Virus record (IMG/VR): IMGVR_UViG_3300025168_000066
Length of the DNA stretch: 20,000 bases
Source: an uncultured virus (IMG/VR IMGVR_UViG_3300025168_000066)
Lineage: Duplodnaviria; Heunggongvirae; Uroviricota; Caudoviricetes
Strand: one strand, 5' to 3'
Shown: positions 15,573 to 20,000 of the stretch, in pieces
Layout of the letters: every line of letters starts with the position of its first letter
How positions within the stretch are numbered: the stretch's first letter is position 1
Notes under the pieces: generated by a model
What the model was told of the DNA's origin: nothing
Seen by the model: only the letters and a program-made list of their open reading frames with translations
Database searches by the model: none
Translations under genes and position numbers: made by a program

Positions 15573-17021
15573 TTATGACGCTACACACGTAATATCAAGC
15601 GAAGTATCAAATCTCTTAAGAGCAATACCAGCTGTTTTTAACATATGTACCGAAGCACCATCTACATCAGAAGCTCTAGATGAAGTTGAATCAAATCCTC
15701 TAGGGACTACAGATCCAGCTACACACCATCTCATTGCTTCACGACCTTTTTTAGAAATCATCTGAAGATTATTTTGACCATCATAATTTGACTGATCAAC
15801 AAATACCATTCTGTAAGATTCTAAAGAATATCCTGTTGTAGGGTGTTTTGCACGAGCTTGCGCCACGGCACCATGATCAAATAATGGTAATTTTACCACA
15901 TTGATCGTGTGTCCATCTACATGCTCATAGGAAGTGAAGTATCCAGTTAATCCTAGGTTACGTCCTGAACCTGTGATAAATCTGTTTTCTCCACCTACTT
16001 TCCAAGAATTAGCTGCTCCTGAAAAGTGATTTTTAAGAGCTTCATCGAATTCTCTTGCACCACCAGTACCAGTATATAAAGTTACTTGCTTAGTTGCTGC
16101 ATCTGTCATTCCGTAGAATAAGTCTCCGATTATGTTCTTAAGTTTAGTTTCAGTCATTGTAGAGTAAGTGTCAGTATTGACAATTTGCTCTAAAAGACCA
16201 GGACCTACAATTACTGGCTGTCCGTTTTCATCTTTCATGAAAGTTTGGCCATTTGAATCGTAAGTTTTTTGTCCATACCAGTAGTACATTTCACATTCTT
16301 CTTTAAAGTCTAACATGTGTAAGTACTCCTCGTAATCCATCCAAAGTTTAGTAGTAGATCCACCTTTAGTTGGTAGAGCAAATTCTGCTACAAAATCTTT
16401 AGCGTTTCCAGACATGTGGTAAGATTTTCTAACTGTAGTTAGTTTGTTTCTTACTTTACCTGGAGTTTCCCAATTAGAAGCATTACCTCTAGAGAAATCA
16501 ACTCCTACAGGTGCATACATTTGAGCCCAAAGAGCTCCGTTTGTAATATCTGCTGCTGCAACTGTTGCTGTTGCTGCTGGGTTAACTAATTGTAAAGTAT
16601 ACTTCCAGTTAGTACCTATTGCTTCTGGTTCTTTCATTATACGTGCTTGAGTACCTGCTTGAGATACTAATACGTATGGAAATACAAAATGTTTGTCAGG
16701 AAATTCAAGCTCGAAGCTTGCTCCTCCTAATCCTACATTTGTTGTTGATGCTGGTGTTACCGCTACTGGTCTCGTTCTCAATCTATGTGTTGCTACACGA
16801 TACTCATACTCTAAACGGTCAATAGACTTAGTATTACCAACACCTTCTGTTAAGAAAGATAGTGGGAATCTTTTATCGTCTTTTCCTGCTAAATGAGTAA
16901 TAATTGGAGAGAGTTCAGTTGGCTTAGATAACAATGCATTTGCAAGACTGTTCATATCAGTCATTTGCGAGTCATTGTAAAACGTCTTTTGAACGCTTAT
17001 GTTTGTTCCATTTACTGCCAT
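15573..17021 (-). CDS. Major capsid protein, crAss-like (Crassvirales) type
   Basis: 482 aa. Motifs NKLTTVRKSY, ECEMYYWYG, GPGLLEQI, LYTGTGGAREF and GYFTSYEHVDGHTINVVKLPLFD match crAss-like MCPs as I know them. Flanked by an acidic scaffold-like gene and a strong hairpin. Confidence 0.9.
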   Translation of the reverse strand: MAVNGTNISVQKTFYNDSQMTDMNSLANALLSKPTELSPIITHLAGKDDKRFPLSFLTEGVGNTKSIDRLEYEYRVATHRLRTRPVAVTPASTTNVGLGGASFELEFPDKHFVFPYVLVSQAGTQARIMKEPEAIGTNWKYTLQLVNPAATATVAAADITNGALWAQMYAPVGVDFSRGNASNWETPGKVRNKLTTVRKSYHMSGNAKDFVAEFALPTKGGSTTKLWMDYEEYLHMLDFKEECEMYYWYGQKTYDSNGQTFMKDENGQPVIVGPGLLEQIVNTDTYSTMTETKLKNIIGDLFYGMTDAATKQVTLYTGTGGAREFDEALKNHFSGAANSWKVGGENRFITGSGRNLGLTGYFTSYEHVDGHTINVVKLPLFDHGAVAQARAKHPTTGYSLESYRMVFVDQSNYDGQNNLQMISKKGREAMRWCVAGSVVPRGFDSTSSRASDVDGASVHMLKTAGIALKRFDTSLDITCVAS

Positions 17022-17070
17022 TTTCTATTCAATTTTATTAGGGTTCCTATCTCCCTGTTCAGGAATTTTT

Positions 17071-18150
17071 TTAAATATTAAGATCTAAACTATCTAAATC
17101 AAAACTTTTACTTCGTCTTGATTGTTTACGAGCACTTTTTACAGTCTCTTCATTTTTAGATATTTTTTCTCTCAATGTCTTCGTAGCCGTTGTTTTAGCT
17201 TTCTTGTTAATTATTTCTTCTAGATTAAATCCTTTATACATTAAATAATCTATAGCTAATTTTTGTTCCATTTCAGCTTTAGAGTGATCTACATCACGCT
17301 GTGTGTAACCATCTTTAGTTACTGGCTTCGAAAGATAGTTAAAGAATTTTGTTTTTTCTCTTTCTGGAACTTGCAATCCTGCAAATTCTTTTGATTCTTT
17401 AATTGTCTCTTGCACGCCATTCCAAAACTCTACTTGTTTATCTTGCTCTTCTTGTAAAGATTGTTGTTGACGTGTTACTAATTGTTCTTTTTCTTGCGCT
17501 TGTACTTTACCTAAAGCTTGTCTAGCTGCTTCTGCTTTATTATGTAACTTACCAGAATCTTCATAATCTTCAAGCATTTCTTTAATAAAACTTTCATCAT
17601 GTCCTTTTTGATAAAAGTAATCAGATAAAATTGCTTTTTGACTTCTTGAATCATCTTCAGAAATTTGCATCTCATTATAATCTAAATTTGGATCATAAGC
17701 TGTCATAAATTTTTGAGATTCTCCTCCAGCTAATACATAATCTAAATGTTGTTTAACTAATGGAAATTTTTCAAGAACTTCATCAATTCTATCATCTGCC
17801 ATTTGAGAAGCTACATCTTTAGTCATTTCTGTTAATCCTTCAGCTGTATCTGCATAATCACCTTCATACCCTAAAGTATTTAGTATTTCTGATACAACTG
17901 TAGTTTCAGAACTTTCTTCTTCTGTTTCTTCTTTTTCTTCTACTTCTTCTTCTTCTTTTTCTTCTTCAGCCTCTTCGTCATTATCTTCAATGTCTTCAAG
18001 TTCTGCTTCAGGTTTTTCTACTTCTTCTTTTACTTCTTCTGTTGCTCCTTCAATAGGTTCTATTTCGTCAATAGCCTCCATTGTAACTCCATCACCAATG
18101 ACATCGTCAAAGGTAATATCGTCTAATTGTATTTTTTCATTTGGGTCCAT
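17071..18150 (-). CDS. Acidic scaffold-like protein upstream of the MCP
   Basis: 359 aa with a very Glu/Asp-rich N-terminal 85 aa, coiled-coil middle and basic C-terminus. Syntenic with the conserved acidic pre-MCP gene of crAss-like phages. Confidence 0.72.
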   Translation of the reverse strand: MDPNEKIQLDDITFDDVIGDGVTMEAIDEIEPIEGATEEVKEEVEKPEAELEDIEDNDEEAEEEKEEEEVEEKEETEEESSETTVVSEILNTLGYEGDYADTAEGLTEMTKDVASQMADDRIDEVLEKFPLVKQHLDYVLAGGESQKFMTAYDPNLDYNEMQISEDDSRSQKAILSDYFYQKGHDESFIKEMLEDYEDSGKLHNKAEAARQALGKVQAQEKEQLVTRQQQSLQEEQDKQVEFWNGVQETIKESKEFAGLQVPEREKTKFFNYLSKPVTKDGYTQRDVDHSKAEMEQKLAIDYLMYKGFNLEEIINKKAKTTATKTLREKISKNEETVKSARKQSRRSKSFDLDSLDLNI

Positions 18151-18169
18151 ATATATTGGTTTTAGTTTA

Positions 18170-18177
18170 CAAAGTTA
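18170..18177 (-). promoter_or_regulatory. Bacteroidota primary-sigma -7 promoter element
   Basis: TAACTTTG on the minus strand matches the TAnnTTTG consensus, 19 nt upstream of the scaffold ATG in an intergenic gap. No clear -33 TTTG box. Confidence 0.72.
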
Positions 18178-18242
18178 ATATTTAATTTAATTGGTTTTTA
18201 ATTGTCTATAGTTTTATTTTTTCCTTTATTGTATAACACTTA

Positions 18243-20000
18243 CTATCTTTCATATCCTCCTTTTTTAAAAGAATATGTAAGTCCTGCGCTATATTTAGGT
18301 CTTTCTCCAGTTTTAAAATTTGCTCCTGCTCTAAAAGCTAAGTTGTCATTAGCTCTATATGTTCCAGCTAATCCTAAAGATCCTCCTAAATTTAAAGTAG
18401 GGGATCCATACTTACTAAAGTTTGTATTACTAGGATTCCATCCAAGCTTACTATCAACTCCTAATGAAGCTCTTAAATTTAAATTTTTATTATTTAAAAG
18501 TGTAGGGTTTGTATACTCATTAAAAGCAGTTGCAATATTATCTGCTCTTATTTCAAGATCAGACATTTGCTTTGGTTTAACAATTGTTTTACTATTTGTT
18601 GTATAATCAGAAAATCCTCCTTTTCTAAATTTATTTTTAGTATTAGCTCTCCATTTTTTTAATTCTAATGCTTTCTTATCAGCAGGTAAATTATCATAAG
18701 TATATTTTACAGTTTGTTCACCTCCTTTTGTTTGAACTTTATAAACAAAAAGTCTTTTATGATTTTTTCCCCAAAATTCAAATACTTCATCTGAGGTTGG
18801 AGAAGTACCATCATTTTTAACTAAATCATAAAATGCTTTAGATGAAGATGTATTTTTATTCATTTTATCTCCTAAAAATAGTCCATCTTGATCTTCTCTA
18901 GATAAGGTTGAAAAATCTGGACTTTCTTTTTTACCTTCAGTGTATACAGTTGGAAAATTACTAAAAGATCTATTTGTAGAGTCACGAGTAAACGAAGCGT
19001 TTCTATTCATAGCAGTACTAGCTGCTTGCTTACTTCCTATTTCATATTGATAAGCTCCTCTTGCAGGACCATCATAAAGAGTTCCATCGTCTCTTTTTGA
19101 AACTTGCTTTTGATCAGCTACATTTTTAGACTCATGTTCTGCAACAACCTGCATTACATCATTTACATAATTAGTATCTACTTTATTTGTGTCGTGTAGA
19201 AAATGCATCATACTTTGTCTATAACTTGTTTCTTTTCCAGTAGTTGCTTTTGTTGCTTTTTTAGTAGACTTTATTGGAGGGTTACTATAATCAATTTCTA
19301 GTTTTTCTTGAGGGTCATCATCAAATCCTCCAAGTTTTTTTTGATTTGAATATACTCCTGCTCCTACACCCATTACTGGCATTATAGCAGGAAGTTTGTT
19401 CATTTCGTTTGCTAGTAAAGTAAAATTCTTTTTTGTATTATCCATAAAATCAAGGATACGCGTACTACTTGAATAGCTTTCCTCCATAGGATTTAATACT
19501 CCAGAAGGTCTTATTTTATACATTGTTTTTGCACGATCTAATAGCTCAGGACTTATGTTTTGATAATAATTTTTAATTAATTTATCATCTAACATTTGTT
19601 GTCTTAGACCATGAACATATGCAGATGGTTCGTGCCCTGAATCTGTAAAATACTTATATGCTTTTTGATCTAACTCACTTAAATTTTTACTCGGTTTAAT
19701 ACCTTGTATAAGTCTTTTATCTACAGCCAGCTGTCTACTTCCTTGAAGTACATGCCCAAATTCATGTGCAGCAACTCTTCTACCGCTTGTACCAGTAAAT
19801 TTATTTCCTAGTGTTACTGATCCAGGATTTATTTTTCCTCCTAATGTAGTTGGTTTAGCAATATTAAATCGATTAGACACATCTAACACAGGTTCTCCCT
19901 GTTTTAAAAACAAATCATCCATGTTTCTTGGTCCTGGTCTATAAACTGCATTATTAAAATGATAAGAATCATTTGCAATATTTTCTATAGTTTTATTTTT
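18243..20000 (-). CDS. Multidomain putative internal virion/cargo protein (zincin HExxH domain + lysozyme-like domain + amphipathic beta-strand domain); 5' end outside the window
   Basis: The frame stays open from 19922 to 20000 (KNKTIENIANDSYHFNNAVYRPGPRNMDD...). HEFGH at 19752-19766 with a downstream Glu (HEPSAY). HES...GPARGAYQY...LSREDQD from 19136 downward. Terminal alternating strands ending YSAGLTYSF. Confidence 0.72.
   Translation of the reverse strand, partial: KNKTIENIANDSYHFNNAVYRPGPRNMDDLFLKQGEPVLDVSNRFNIAKPTTLGGKINPGSVTLGNKFTGTSGRRVAAHEFGHVLQGSRQLAVDKRLIQGIKPSKNLSELDQKAYKYFTDSGHEPSAYVHGLRQQMLDDKLIKNYYQNISPELLDRAKTMYKIRPSGVLNPMEESYSSSTRILDFMDNTKKNFTLLANEMNKLPAIMPVMGVGAGVYSNQKKLGGFDDDPQEKLEIDYSNPPIKSTKKATKATTGKETSYRQSMMHFLHDTNKVDTNYVNDVMQVVAEHESKNVADQKQVSKRDDGTLYDGPARGAYQYEIGSKQAASTAMNRNASFTRDSTNRSFSNFPTVYTEGKKESPDFSTLSREDQDGLFLGDKMNKNTSSSKAFYDLVKNDGTSPTSDEVFEFWGKNHKRLFVYKVQTKGGEQTVKYTYDNLPADKKALELKKWRANTKNKFRKGGFSDYTTNSKTIVKPKQMSDLEIRADNIATAFNEYTNPTLLNNKNLNLRASLGVDSKLGWNPSNTNFSKYGSPTLNLGGSLGLAGTYRANDNLAFRAGANFKTGERPKYSAGLTYSFKKGGYER

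Noticed and set aside
17900..18050. Low-complexity (TTC)n-like tract
   Set aside because: It simply encodes the Glu-rich region of the scaffold-like protein.
18199..18266. AAGGAGG Shine-Dalgarno-like sequence followed by ATG and a short ORF (MKDSKCYTIKEKNKTIDN)
   Set aside because: The spacing to the ATG is only 2 nt, the sequence is explained by the Lys-Gly-Gly codons of the upstream gene, and Bacteroidota rarely use SD sequences.
847..18606. All plus-strand ORFs in the track (847, 2637, 4240, 5895, 5945, 7612, 16619, 16693, 17990, 18202)
   Set aside because: They are antisense shadows of well-supported minus-strand genes, mostly with non-ATG starts and no recognisable motifs. The 2637-2855 ORF overlaps the two real coupled microproteins.
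19920..19922. ATG at 19922 as the start of the cargo-like gene
   Set aside because: The frame is open to the window edge, so the real start is probably upstream.
1..20000. Full stop-codon reassignment as in some Crassvirales
   Set aside because: Genes tile the minus strand densely under code 11 with no in-frame TAG/TGA interruptions.

Overview
AT-rich phage DNA with every credible gene on the minus strand, read in the standard genetic code. It is most consistent with the virion module of a crAss-like phage (Crassvirales) infecting an aquatic Bacteroidota/Flavobacteriales host. In transcription order (right to left) the structural part is: a 5'-truncated multidomain cargo-like protein, a Bacteroidota-type TAnnTTTG promoter, an acidic scaffold-like protein, the major capsid protein, a conserved post-MCP protein, a tail ring/tubular protein, two capsid-accessory proteins and a terminator. 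These are followed by a Cys-rich tail-hub-like protein, a 1514-aa adhesin-like protein with SprB-like and GCTD...DDGSC repeats, a tail fibre, two small proteins and a LamG lectin-like protein. The left 3.9 kb is a tightly coupled, apparently non-structural seven-gene cassette aimed at the host envelope, and the ORF track misses four of its genes. It encodes an outer-membrane beta-barrel-like protein, a 30-aa CDGSH [2Fe-2S]-motif microprotein, a 56-aa Cys microprotein, two small membrane proteins, an exported thioredoxin fold lacking CxxC, and a >600-aa secreted Cys-repeat protein resembling T9SS cargo. Non-coding highlights are a perfect H-type pseudoknot just upstream of the post-MCP gene and a 14-nt inverted repeat linking the scaffold start codon to the MCP 3' UTR. 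Family assignments come from motif recognition and remembered gene order; no database search was run.
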